The translations under genes were made by a program, and so were the position numbers. 64,000 nucleotides of DNA from Azolla caroliniana (taxonomy: Eukaryota > Plantae > Polypodiophyta), in assembly GCA_043228905.1 (NCBI GenBank), contig JBHGNT010000009.1, positions 3,906,001 to 3,970,000 of the forward strand, written 5' to 3'. Shown here piece by piece: positions 26,376-48,099 of this stretch (positions are counted from its first letter, which is position 1; every line of letters begins with the position of its first letter). Under the pieces are notes generated by a model. It had not been told where the DNA came from, did not search any database, and worked only from the letters and a program-made list of their open reading frames with translations.

Positions 26376-26911
26376 AGAGTTGAAATAGCCGTTCATGCTC
26401 CTTGGAGGCACACTATTGAACAAGTGATTACTGGAGTCGGGGATCCTACACATAGAAGACACACTCCACACTAGCTTGAAAAGAACAGCCCCCAAGCCAT
26501 GAGGAATGCGGACACTTACAATCAAGAAGTTGTGTGAGCTAATGTGCCCCCCCCCCCCCCCTCTTAGATTCTGGAATAGCTTACACATTGGATCAAATGG
26601 CGTAGCCTTGCCCAACCTGGAGAGCTCTCTCTCTCTCTCTCTCTCCGAAAAGTCCGGAAATGACCCCGCTTGTTTTGTGTCTATACTCTTTTGGTTGGTT
26701 TGTGTGGTTTAAAACATGGTGGCATAAAAAAAGTCATGAAATTGAGAGAACCCAAGTTCGATCCTCACCCATGACATTTACAAACACACACACTCACACA
26801 CACACACACACACACGGAATATTTTGAGTCTCTCTCACTTAATGTGTGTGCGTGTGACCCCCCCCCCCCCCCCCCCCCCCCCACACACACACACAAACAG
26901 AATATTTTGAG

Positions 26912-26985
<74 letters not shown>

Positions 26986-27026
26986 GCCGAGAAATTTCTG
27001 AAAGAGAAAGCGCGTCTTCCTCCTCT

Positions 27027-27059
<33 letters not shown>

Positions 27060-27117
27060 TTCTTCTTTTATATACATATTCTTCCTCTCCTCCTTTCTGC
27101 TCTCTCTCTCTCTCTGC

Positions 27118-27332
27118 TCTGTCTGTCTCTAAGCTTTCATCGCCATAGCCATACATACATACATACATACATATATATAGCTTCAATCAATCTCTCTTTC
27201 TGTCTGTCTGTGTACGCTTTCATCGCCATAACCATACATATATATAGCTTCAATCAATCAATCTCTCCGTCTGTCTGTGTAAGCTTTCATCGCCATAACC
27301 ATACATATATATAGCTTCAATCAATCAATCTC

Positions 27333-27380
<48 letters not shown>
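27118..27380. repeat. Three ~65-80-bp tandem units plus (CTGT)n upstream of the RING gene
   Basis: GCTTTCATCGCCATA.CCATACATA...TAGCTTCAATCAATC occurs near 27133, 27216 and 27283. Confidence 0.9.
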
Positions 27381-27381
<1 letters not shown>

Positions 27382-27587
27382 GTCTCCCGTGCCCTCCCCC
27401 CCCCCTGTCTCTGTCTCTGTCTCTGTGATCTGTTGACGCTTTTACTCCCCGTCCATCCACTCCTCCACCTCTGCATAAATCCCATCGCTTAAGTAATCCC
27501 CTCCTCCTCAGCTCCTCGATTCTCCCTCATACTACTACTGCTACTGCTACTGCTACCGCCATCGCTAAGCATAATAATAACCTCCAC

Positions 27588-29396
27588 ATGTCGGATGATA
27601 ATGACTCCGCCCTCCCCTCTCGTCTTCCCTCCACTGATTATGACCTCGCCATGGATGATAATACCTTCCCCTCCTCCCTTCATTACCCTCTCAGCTTGAA
27701 TGGCGTCCCCTCGCAGAACGCCCCCAGTCACGATTTGGAAGAAGATATCCTGCCGAATTCTTCTATGAGTACATCCACATCGCTTAACCCCTTCAATCGG
27801 TTAGTTTCTTTCATTTCTAGGCTAATTAATTCAGAGGATCACCAGACTGGCATACCTACCAATGATGTGAATTCCCGGGAAATCACTAGTTCTTCTGGGA
27901 ATCATGACTTGCCCTTATTTTTGGGACGGAACAATTCATTTCTGCAATTAGATGAAGAATCTGAAGAGGAGGAGGAGGAGGAGGAAGATCCTATACATGA
28001 TCAGATCAGTATTGATGATCTGATCGCTTTTGATAACAGAATCCATGCCATTCTTGAGGATTTCCTTGAAACCTATTTTAGCCTTGGATTATATGAGAAC
28101 TCTGCAGAAGAATCTAATGAGTTTGCCACAATTGCGGAAGGAAATTCAATGAACTTTGATAGCAATAATCCTGTTACTTTAGATGATCAAATAGTTGATG
28201 GTGAAGGAGAACAGTATAGCTATGGCGATGTAGTTCGCCATCTTGCCATTCTTGGCTCAGCTCTTGAATTGATTATATTACAACAAACCAATTCTAATCC
28301 AGGAGATAATGAAAGTTTCATGTATAATGGATCTCCACCTGCTTCCAAAGCTTCCATTGCTGCTTTGCAGACTTATAAATTCAGCACTAAAGGAAAAGGA
28401 TCAATGTATAACTCAGGCTTAGTCTGTAATAATGATGAAAACACAGACCAGGAAGATGATGAAGTTGTATGTTGTGCAATATGTAAAGATGAATTTGACT
28501 ATGGGAATGAAGTAAAAGAGATGCCTTGCAAGCATTTCTTCCATTCGAATTGCATACTTCCATGGCTAAAACTACACAGTTCTTGTCCCTTATGTCGTAA
28601 AGAGATTCCATCTGTCACAGATTTTGAAACAGTCGATCTGTCTTCTTCTTCGCAAGAAGAAGACTCGAGTGAACCTCTGCAGAATACTGAAAGGGAAGAT
28701 CGAGGTATGGATATGGATACTCATGAACCTCATGGTCAGGGTATGCAAGCTATCTTTGAATTGCTATCTGGCGATGGCTTTAGAGTGCAAGTTTCTTTTC
28801 TATTTCTGAATAATGGTTTAAACCATATAATCAATAATGATTCAGAAGATTCCATGCAAATTCTTGAAGAGAGTAGTAGTGGTAGCGGTCATAATTCTGC
28901 TACAGATTTAGCAGAAGTTTCACATGGCCAAGAAGTAGTGATGGATCAGCCCTTAATAGTAGTGGGATCAACCCAAGAGGAAATTATGAGATCCGAAAGG
29001 AGTAAATATGGCAACAACATGTCGTCTGTGCAGAAAAATGAATCTGATGAGAAGGCAGGAGAAGAAATGAATCTGATCAATCTCAGCAATGGGCATTTTG
29101 AGAGCAGCAAAGGAGTTAATGCTAATGGAAATACATTACCTCAGGAATCTTCATTAGAATGCTCTTCTAGTGATGGGGTACTCGCTGACAATAATGGAAG
29201 GATTGCTAATTATAGCAGTGGAAGAATTACCAATCATAGCAATGGGATGATGATTCATAACAATAACGGAAGACCTAACCATGGCTTATCCAGATCCCAT
29301 AGCAGGAATTTCTTGTCTTGGATTTGTCCACATCTCAGCTTTTCTCAGTATGGATCGAGTAGTTCTGATAATGGTGGCCAAGATCTGAATGATTAA
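27588..29396 (+). CDS. RING-H2 E3 ubiquitin ligase, intronless, 602 aa
   Basis: GSPPASKASI motif followed by CAICKDEF...KEMPCKHFFHSNCILPWLKLHSSCPLCR (C3H2C3), with acidic low-complexity flanks. Confidence 0.9.
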   Translation: MSDDNDSALPSRLPSTDYDLAMDDNTFPSSLHYPLSLNGVPSQNAPSHDLEEDILPNSSMSTSTSLNPFNRLVSFISRLINSEDHQTGIPTNDVNSREITSSSGNHDLPLFLGRNNSFLQLDEESEEEEEEEEDPIHDQISIDDLIAFDNRIHAILEDFLETYFSLGLYENSAEESNEFATIAEGNSMNFDSNNPVTLDDQIVDGEGEQYSYGDVVRHLAILGSALELIILQQTNSNPGDNESFMYNGSPPASKASIAALQTYKFSTKGKGSMYNSGLVCNNDENTDQEDDEVVCCAICKDEFDYGNEVKEMPCKHFFHSNCILPWLKLHSSCPLCRKEIPSVTDFETVDLSSSSQEEDSSEPLQNTEREDRGMDMDTHEPHGQGMQAIFELLSGDGFRVQVSFLFLNNGLNHIINNDSEDSMQILEESSSGSGHNSATDLAEVSHGQEVVMDQPLIVVGSTQEEIMRSERSKYGNNMSSVQKNESDEKAGEEMNLINLSNGHFESSKGVNANGNTLPQESSLECSSSDGVLADNNGRIANYSSGRITNHSNGMMIHNNNGRPNHGLSRSHSRNFLSWICPHLSFSQYGSSSSDNGGQDLND

Positions 29397-30399
29397 AGGC
29401 AAGCTTGAGATTGATTGGTGGATTGATTGATTTGGCTATTATGATTCAAAGCTTATGATTCCAATGCTCTTATCCAATCTAAGAACATGATTCATGGTGG
29501 TTATTTGATCCCACACAGAGTTTTTGAAATCTGTTTACATAATCATGATTGCTCAGTTGGAGGAGGGCCTTCCTTCATCACCCATTCCATTCCATTCATT
29601 CTCTGCTCCTGATCCACATATACATAGCTTTTGAAAGAAGCAAAAGCAAAAAAAGACAGCTAGTTTTTCCTGATCAAATGTCTCTTATGCGTAATACCCA
29701 TATCCATTGCTCATGTAAAATCCTTTTAGTAAACACCTCTCCCGAATGTAATTTACGACGGACATACATAAGTATATAAGCATTCAAATAATGTAATCCA
29801 GATCTTTGTGAGTAATCAGTCGATTTTTTTCCTAGAATTTGTTCGGACTCTCTCTGTCTTTCTCTGTGTATGAATCTTTCTGTTCTACCTGAGTGCCTGC
29901 CTGTTGTGGTTTGTACTAGTCCATGGATTCCACCAAAAGAGAACTCTGTTTTCCCATAACCCTATTATATAGTAGACCTCTACATTACACGCCTGTTATG
30001 TCCATTGAAGCTGCAAATCCAAATGGATTGTCTGAACTAACAATGTCTCTGTCTCTAGAATCAGGAAATCAATGTGCCTGCATTGTGACATTTGCCGCAA
30101 CGGATCCACCAATTCCCTAGTTATACCAATCAAGGAACACTTTTGACATTGCGGATTAACATTAACATTAAGATTAACATTAAGCAGCATTACCATCAAC
30201 ATTAATCAGCTTAGCATTCTCCAGACACACATGCTGTTACTCCGTTCAGCATCAATGTCTTCTTGATAGTACAGCCTCTCTCATATGTCGGCCATAGACA
30301 GTTGCGATCAGCTTGACTTCTTCATGCCACTTGACCAAAAGACTTGACCTTCCAATTCCATCCATGACTCTCCTCCCTAAGCCCATATGCCCTGACCCT

Positions 30400-30616
30400 A
30401 CTTCTTTTTTCTTTCTTTCTTTTTCCTTGTAAGATTTTCTTCAATAGTATTAAAAACATCGAAAAAGTACAAGTAAAAGTTATCTGCCCGTAGGCTTACA
30501 ACGTAGAATAAAAGACAATGTATGTACACCTAAACCTGTACATACAAAAACAACTTATACATGCATGTTGAACCTTAATACGGTACATTAACATGTTGTT
30601 TTTATATCTAGAAAGG
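30400..30616 (-). mobile_element. Short non-LTR retroposon insertion (5'-truncated LINE 3'UTR or SINE)
   Basis: Flanked by the 19-bp direct repeat GCCCATATGCCCTGACCCT (30381-30399 and 30617-30635). The T-rich left end is an A-rich tail on the minus strand. Confidence 0.7.
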
Positions 30617-31485
30617 GCCCATATGCCCTGACCCTTTCTCATAAATGAAAACTCCAAAAAAGGTTTCATCCTCAACTCTTTATAAAATTGAGAAGGAAAA
30701 TGGAAATAGAAGATATGGTCAAGCCAATTTGTTTTCTTGGCTCTAACCTTGAGGAGAAAAAGCGTGTAATGATATACTTTTGTGAAAGTGTTCCTGATTG
30801 TATGTACATCATCAATGGACCATCTTATGGAAATGCTTTTCACATTTGCACTTTGTGCACCTAATTAGTGATGTGATCTTTAATCATAAAATGTTTGATA
30901 ATATCTGAGATCATTATGTTTTAAGATAAAAACACCAAGAAACATTTTCGGAAATGTGGGTTTGTGATATACAATCTTTGATAGATCCCCGATTCAATAG
31001 TTTATATGCAATAATACCCTACACATGCAATCACCCCAATAATATTAAAGTCTTCGCTTTTAAAAGCTCACAATCACCATGCTTGGAAGAGATATGTATG
31101 CAAGAAGAAAATGTGGATATCTAGACACGATAAGAACAAGGATGACTAGACTACGATCGTAGGACAAGCACAATCATTGATGAAGGCTAGGGAAATCGGG
31201 GGCACCGATTCTTAAGAAGAAGAAGAAGACGACGATATTTCGTTTATGCTATTGCATACTACGTATACATAGTATGGATACACCCAAAGAAGACAAGTAA
31301 GAGAACACATGATGATTATACAAGCTGGTAGGGGTAGTTGGTCGACGAAATTAATGAGCGGTATGGTTGTAAAAGTGAAAGCGATGGTAGTCTATTCAGT
31401 CCGGAAAAGAAAGAAAGGGGAAGGGGGGGGGAGGGACAACATGTCTGTCCCACACTTATCTTATCATCACAACAGGTTTATAGAA

Positions 31486-31800
31486 GGGAAAAGTACCAGG
31501 ATACCCCTGGAAGTTCGTCTATTTACCAGAATGCCCCTGGAAGTTCCAAATTTACCAAACTACCCCTATGTCCCAAAAATTACACTTTATAAAGTAATTA
31601 AACACTCAAAATAATTGGTAAATAGGGCTATAGTTCGGGTCCATTTCTTCGATCTTTAGTAAATAGGGCTTGTAGATTTAAGTGTATAATTATTTTATAA
31701 AGTGTAATTTTTTGGACATAGGGGTAGTTTGATAAATTTGGAACTTCCAGGGGCATTCTGGTAAATAGACGAACTTCCAGGGTATCCTGGTACTTTTCCC
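31486..31800. mobile_element. Foldback MITE, Mutator-like (copy 2, 315 bp)
   Basis: ~125-bp near-perfect TIRs GGGAAAAGTACCAGGATACCC...GGTATCCTGGTACTTTTCCC. Perfect 9-bp TSD TTTATAGAA at 31477-31485 and 31801-31809. Confidence 0.95.
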
Positions 31801-31938
31801 TTTATAGAAACATAGTAGGCATTACGTATACGTATAAGGTTGCGTATACGTATACGTATGTACATACATACATATGTGTATGCATAATGGTAAGCTGGGA
31901 AATATATATGTATATACATACATATATATGTACTAGAA

Positions 31939-31969
<31 letters not shown>

Positions 31970-32535
31970 TGTGTGTGTGTGTGTATACAAATAAATGCAT
32001 TAGAGCTCTTCATGAGTTTAGCTGCCCTGTTTTCAAATCTCATCTCAATACATATATGTATGATATACATATACATACATCTCTCTCGTCTCAATAATCA
32101 TATACATATGTGAGACACAGACAGAAAACAGAGAGACAGAGACAGAGAGCATCGCCCACTTCTCTCCCTGCTTTTGTTCCCTCTCAGAATACTTGCATTG
32201 ATCTCAGGTATGTCGATTCTTCTAAAACCACAGAGAGAGAGAGAGAGAGAGATCTATATAGGTAGATTGTTGACTTCCACTTAACGACCAAATATGATAC
32301 ATGGGATGATGGGTCTGAGGCCATGGTGAGGATTGAGCTTCTCGGATTCTCTCAATTTTATGACTTTTGATGCTATAGTGGCCAGAGGAAGAGAGAACAT
32401 GCAACATCAGATCTGAGATTTTTTTGACTGTTGTTTTCATCTGCGTGTTTAGTGTGTAGGTATGCACAGTATTTCTTGATTTATTCCATCATAATCATGA
32501 CCAGTTTGTGTAGGTTCGAGGGTACCAAACATAGT

Positions 32536-35392
32536 ATGGTCTCTCCTGAATTTGTGAAGAGTAACAATGGTTATATCAGTCCTTCAGCAGAAGAAAGGCT
32601 AGAAGAAATCCGGAAACTTTTCCACAAATCGGAGGGTGACCCGCTGCGAATAGTTGGGATTGGGGCGGGTGCATGGGGTAGTGTATTCATCGCTCTCTTG
32701 CATGATGCATTTGGCTCCCTAAGAGAGAGTTTCCATGTCCGAATCTGGAGAAGGCCAGGTAAAACCCTTGACCGAGCCTCTGCTGAGAATCTGTTCGAGG
32801 TTATCAATAGCCGCGAAGACGTGTTGCGTCGCTTAATACGGAAATGTGCTTACCTGAAGTACGTCGAAGCTCGCCTCGGTGATAGAACCCTTTACGCCGA
32901 CGAAATTCTCAGAGATGGGTTTTGTATAAATATGCTCGATACCCCTCTCTGCCCTCTCAAGGTTGTCACGAACCTGCAAGAGGCAGTTTGGGATGCAGAC
33001 ATTGTTATCAATGGGTTGCCATCCACAGAGACGCGCCCAGTTTTCGAGGAAATCGGTCGCTACTGGAAAGAGAGGCGTTCGGTGCCAGTCATCATATCCC
33101 TCGCCAAAGGTGTGGAGACATCGTTGATCCCGGTTCCGCACATCACTACCCCCACACAAATGATTCACGAGGCCAGTAAGTCACTTCTTTTTTTGTCCGA
33201 TTCTCCGTTCTCATTTCTGCTCTCCCAAAAATGTATCACCTGCACACATTCTGCTTTTTTTTCCTTGCAATGTATAATTTTTTTTAGTAATGCATCATGT
33301 TTACTACTCATTTTGCTTTTCTAAAAAGATGTTTCAGTTGCACACATTCTGTTTTCCTAAAAGTTAGTCTCATTTGTATGCAATCTGCTTTTTTAAACCA
33401 TGTCATCTCATAGGCAGTCTGGTTTTGTATAATAATCTTTTATTTGGGCACATTTTTCTTTTCTAGGAATGCATCAGTTGTACACATTCTGCTTTTCTTT
33501 ATGTGAAAATATATCATTTGTATACATTCTGCTTCTTCTATGTAAAAGTGTATTTCCTAGAGATGTATAATTTTGTACTGATGATTGCTAGAGGTGTGCT
33601 ACAGCTAACGTCCCACTGGAGAACATCCTCTACCTAGGGGGGCCAAACATTGCTTCAGAAATCTATAATCGGGAATATGCTAATGCACGCATTTGTGGGT
33701 CAGATAAGTGGAGAAAGCCCCTTGCTAAGTTTCTTCGCCAATCTCATTTCATTGTCTGGGATAACAGTGATCTCGTTACTCATGAAGTTATGGGTGGGCT
33801 GAAAAATGTCTATGCTATTGGTGCAGGTAAGATCGTAATAACAAAAATAACACAAAATAAATAGAAGATACATATTTTCGTTGCATCGCAAAGCTTCATT
33901 AGGAGATCTAATGCTGGTGGCTTGAATCAGAAAATGTTGTGATATTAAGCTATTTTACTCTATGTGTATTTTTTTTAAAATTCGAGAATTTTTGTTTTGT
34001 GTTTCTACAGGGATGGTTGCAGCCTTGACCAATGAAAGCGCGACAAGTAAAGCAGTGTATTTTGCTCATTGCACCTCAGAGATGATATTCATCACGAATT
34101 TGTTATCTGAAGAGCCTGAGAAATTAGCGGGGCCTCTGCTGGCTGATACATATGTCACGTTATTGAAGGGGCGTAATTCATGGTATGGTCAGATGTTGGC
34201 TAAGGGCGAACTAAGACCAGATATGGGAGTGAATATACAAGGAAAGGGAATGATACAGGTGAAGAACATATAACCACAAGTTTTACTTGTATGCTTTATC
34301 ATGTAGGAGGTGGTGTGTTCGTGTTATCCTTAGGAATTAAGGAGAAATAAGATTCTAATATTTGGTATGGATATCCGACTTGTCAGATCGTATGTAAATA
34401 TCCGATAAATAGAAGTTAATGGTTATGGTTATAATGCATCCCTATGTTGTTTCTCCAGGGTGTTTCTGCCGTTGAAGCTTTTTTCGAGCTGTTAAGTCAA
34501 CCCAGCTTAAGTGTAATGCACCCTGATGAAGAGAAGCTTGTGCTTCCTGTGGAGCTGTGCCCTATTTTGCAAGCACTTCACAAATTCCTTATTCAACAGT
34601 ATTGTCCCTCTTGACGCTCTCTCATCTTATTTTAAATAAATCAAACTTTTTTTTACAAGGTTTAAAGCCAAACAATCATGCATGGCCTGTATGCTAATTG
34701 CAATCATGCTGTTTTGGTTTTGGTGGTTTGGAATATATTTTGATATTCCGCTATATTTGAAGCCTATGTAGTTTAGAATTTAATGATCTAGATAGTTGCA
34801 TATACTGAAGATTATCGTTCAGTTCAGTTCAAACGTGGAGGCATTGTTAGATATCCATGTAATTTTTTAAGATGGTTAATATAAGGATCAAATCTCTCTC
34901 CTCAATATAGGTATTTTCTTACGACAGAATTTCTCAATCGAGTTTTCCCATTTCTTCTCCATATTTTTTTCCTGCAGATAGTTTTTCTTCTACATGCTTT
35001 TCTTACCGATTGTCACATGTATCTCCGTATCTTGACACCTTTAGTGCTCCCATCTTATCATTCCCAAGGTCAAGGTTTAGTGTAATCAAAAGCAGTCTTC
35101 TTGAGACTCTCATGTATCAGTATGTACCATTTCATTCCTTATGAATTCTTGATGAATAACCTGTTCTATATATGATGTTTTTAGTTAAAAATGTCACTAA
35201 TAATTGAATTCATGTGAATTGTGTGGCAGGGAGTTGGGACCGGAAGTTATCTTGCAAGCATTGAGAGATGAAACTTTGTATGATCCTCGTGAAAGAATCG
35301 AAGTAACACGGAATGTCTCCATATATAAACCATCATTATTGGGAACCTCAAAACTTGGATCCAAAACTGAAGATGTTTCCGACCCTAATTAA
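32536..35392 (+). CDS. GPDHC1: Cytosolic NAD-dependent glycerol-3-phosphate dehydrogenase (GPDHc type), 5 coding exons, ~470 aa
   Basis: Exons 32536-33175, 33605-33826, 34011-34258, 34459-34598, 35230-35392 (1413 nt, in frame). Rossmann motif [53 protein letters not shown]. Probable 5'UTR intron 32208-32513. Confidence 0.94.
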
Positions 35393-36942
35393 TGAGCTAA
35401 AAGAACTAGATTCCTTTCTAGGTGTAGATATCATATTTAAAATTTTAATCTCATTTCAAGAAGCAAGTGTCAAATAGCAATTACTAAATAATCTGTAATG
35501 GATTTTGAAACATGAGGCTATTCAAATTTATTCCTTCCCATATTGGCATAATATCGGATTAAAAGAATTGAAGCTAATTGTAAATGTTTGTGTACCTTGT
35601 TATGTGAGAGATACTATTGATTTATGTGCTAAAGAGGGTAAGCAATGGATAGTGCTTGTGTCCATAGGGGGTATGGTTTATTAAAGAGCTCTGCAGCAAG
35701 AATCGTCAAACCAATTTCCGTCAAGGTTTGTGGGTATGTGGGGACTGGCAAACAGGGAGCTTATTTCTTATACCTTGCACCCTGATATCTAAACAAATCA
35801 AGCGCCTTAATACTACAAAGGATAAACCCTTCATAAATATCCCTAGTGTTTCTATGATATGTGAATTTTCTTCTAGCTTACTGAACTAAATAGCATGATA
35901 AATTAAAATGAGCCATAGGAAAACAATAGACAGGTGTTAAAATGCAGATTTCCGTGTGATATTTAGGGAAAATGATCAACATTAGAATATTAGAATCGTT
36001 TTCTTATCAACATTAGAATGTTGAGCATAAAAGGCTTGTATCAAATATCCTATATTGATACATTTAATTAGATTTGAGAAAATGGGGTTTTTCTCAAATT
36101 TTATCTGCCTGCATTGTAATTTTCCATTAGTCTGGTTTGAGAGTTTCGAATGGGACTATGATTAGCATAAATAAGCCGATTGTAAACCGCTTTGACATGG
36201 TGTACTCTTTAAATTTTCATTTTACTCTTTAAAAGATGGTAAGAGAAGTGTTTTCCTTCCTTGTTGCTTCAAGAAATAAATGAAGATCTCAACAAAGGAA
36301 AAAATAAAACAAAAACTATAATGCTACAGTTATTAGTCCTTGTAATGTACCCAATTTGCATCCAAATCTAACAAATCTGTTTTATTGTGACAAAGTGAAT
36401 GATCCGATCTTTCTACATTCAATTAAATCCATTGAGAGCATCTTATTAATTTCCATAACCTTTCATAGGGTATATACACTATAATAAAATCAATTGTCAA
36501 CAAAAAGTGTACTCAATCTGCTCTAGTTATATTTTCATACAGTTGACTTCGATTGAAGGCACATTGTTGACCGGTCTTAGATGATGTTCATGGATTCAAA
36601 ATAACACTTCGATTCAAAAGATTTAGAAAATGCAATTTAAGTTCAACATTTTCTTATGCATTTACTATTGGATGTGTCTATACATGTTCAACGTGTCCCC
36701 ATACCTCTTAGGAGAAACAAATTGTGTTCTATACAAAGTCTACAATGAAACTTTATAAAAACATATTATTAGTTTCTAAATGAAACCCAACAAAAAAAAC
36801 ACATAAGAAAAAAAGTCACAAATGACACGCCATAAAGATATATGACATGTTACCCATGATACACATTAAAAGAAAAGTAAAAACCAAAAGCTAGATATCG
36901 ATTCTAATGCATTTACTATTACGTTAAAAAAATTGGGACCTT

Positions 36943-36994
<52 letters not shown>

Positions 36995-39046
36995 TAGAGA
37001 GATTTACAAATAAAAGAGCAACCGTAGTTTAATTGGTGTTTATGGGGTTAGATGTTGTTTTTACAAGTGACTACTAATCTTTTGTATCATTGTTCCGTTG
37101 AGTCTCTTTGATGGCTATCATGTAAGGCTGAAGAAGAATGGAAAATACGTAACTTAGATCATGGATGCTAGCAGATCTTAAAACGTAGTTGGCATTCTAA
37201 ATTGCCACTTGTAACAAAGGTCCACATTTGGAGAGTTCTGATTGGGGGGTTTGCCTTTGGGATTAGCTCTAAAACGATGTGGACTAGGAATGGGCAATTG
37301 CTTCTTTTCCACTATTCAAATGGAAGATAATATTCATCATTTCATACAATGTTCGATTGCTTGTCAGATTTCGAGTTACATTTCTCAAATTGGCAAGTTT
37401 TATCACAATGTTATTTGACGTATAGACAATGGGTGTTTGTACAATTCACACAGGTTGACCCAAAGTTAGAGATGGGGATTGTTTTCCTATTTTTAAGCTA
37501 TTGGGGATTACGTCATAATTGGGATGTGCGCAATGCTTTTGTATTTGATGGTAGCCTGTAGGCATGGAGTGAAAGCATATCTACAAAAGTTGAAGGGAGT
37601 ACTAATGTGGCAATTTCTTGATTGGAGCAATTGGGAATTCTTTTCTTGGTGGAGTGTTTCTCTTCCCTATTAGCAATTCAACATGTTCCACTACCCATGT
37701 ATTTAGTGGGTGACCATACTCCAATTTGCACCTATTGTAAGGAGTGTTTTTCACGCACATTTATTAATATAATTGGGTTTTTTCACCAAAAATAAAAAAG
37801 AGAGAGTAAAGAGAAAAGAAGTGTTGTGTCCACTTTGCCCATTCTTATCAATATATTTTCATCAAGATCATACGATCAATCGATTCATCATCATAACCAT
37901 TACAATGCATAAATGTGTCATCAACTGGTGAAAGCAAATTGTGAATAGATTGTTGGAGTGAGTTTTCTAAGGTGGTTGGAGTTTGTATGGTGTGCATATT
38001 AGCTTGTAAGGAATGCGAAATGGAGATCAAGGTTCAAATCTTGTAGATAACACGTGCCTTAGAAGTTCAAATCATACAATTTCTTATAAAAACTCACGAT
38101 GCCACAATTGTACATAATTCATCAATGCCAAGTGTGTTAGGATTTTCTAAACTTTAGTGCTTGAACTTTTGAAATGAGAAAAGAAATACGTATTAGTTTT
38201 ATATTACAATATTTATGGTCTTTAAATACATAGTCACAAAAAGATAGGACAACAATATATAAAGATAGAACTTATGCACAAAGAGAACGTCTTGCAATTT
38301 TTCTTCTCTAACAATATCCATGTTGTGGGAAACGAGTAAAGACAACAACTTCTCACTTATCAATAACCAAGGATGTAAATAGATTCAAAGCTCTTTTTAT
38401 ATGTAAGTACGTGAAAACAAAACGTATATAGACGTATACCCAATAAAAATGCAAATGAACATGCATTGCCTTTGAGTAAGTACACAAGCGAGAATGCATG
38501 GGAAAAAATGCTACTAAGTGATTGGCTATAAACTTCAGAGATGAAATTGATGGTGGTTATGAAAGTGAATTGGAGTAAGGTAGTTAAGTGCCATTACATT
38601 GAAAACATAAGTTTGAACTTCACTACAACATTAAAGGATGACACACTGACAAGTTTGTTGAGTAAATGTTTGTCTACTAGCAAAAGCAAACCATTTATTT
38701 TCACTCTATTCACAATCACTAATATTTAAAACAAAAAAGCAGAAACACATTTTTATCCCTTCCACCCACAAACATGATTTTAATATCCCTTGAAAAAAAG
38801 GTCATTACGTATGTGATTGTACAATTCCAATTTGTTGAATTTTGAAAGTGTTTCAAACTTGCTATGTTGCACTCAATGTGCATTTGGCTTTCAATGTTTG
38901 AAAGGAATAGTAATATTTTGTAGTATGGGCTTGTCAAACGTTTTATATCGTCAAAAAATTAACTCTATAAGAACAAGGGGAATTATAGGTAGGTGTTGCT
39001 AAATACTCTTCAAAAACTTTCCGATGATTCCCCAATCTTTGTAGCT

Positions 39047-48099
<9,053 letters not shown>

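Noticed and set aside
29990-30365. Possible small minus-strand gene (MDGIGRSSLLVKWHEEVKL...)
   Set aside because: 37 codons, no known motif and no consistent exon chain.
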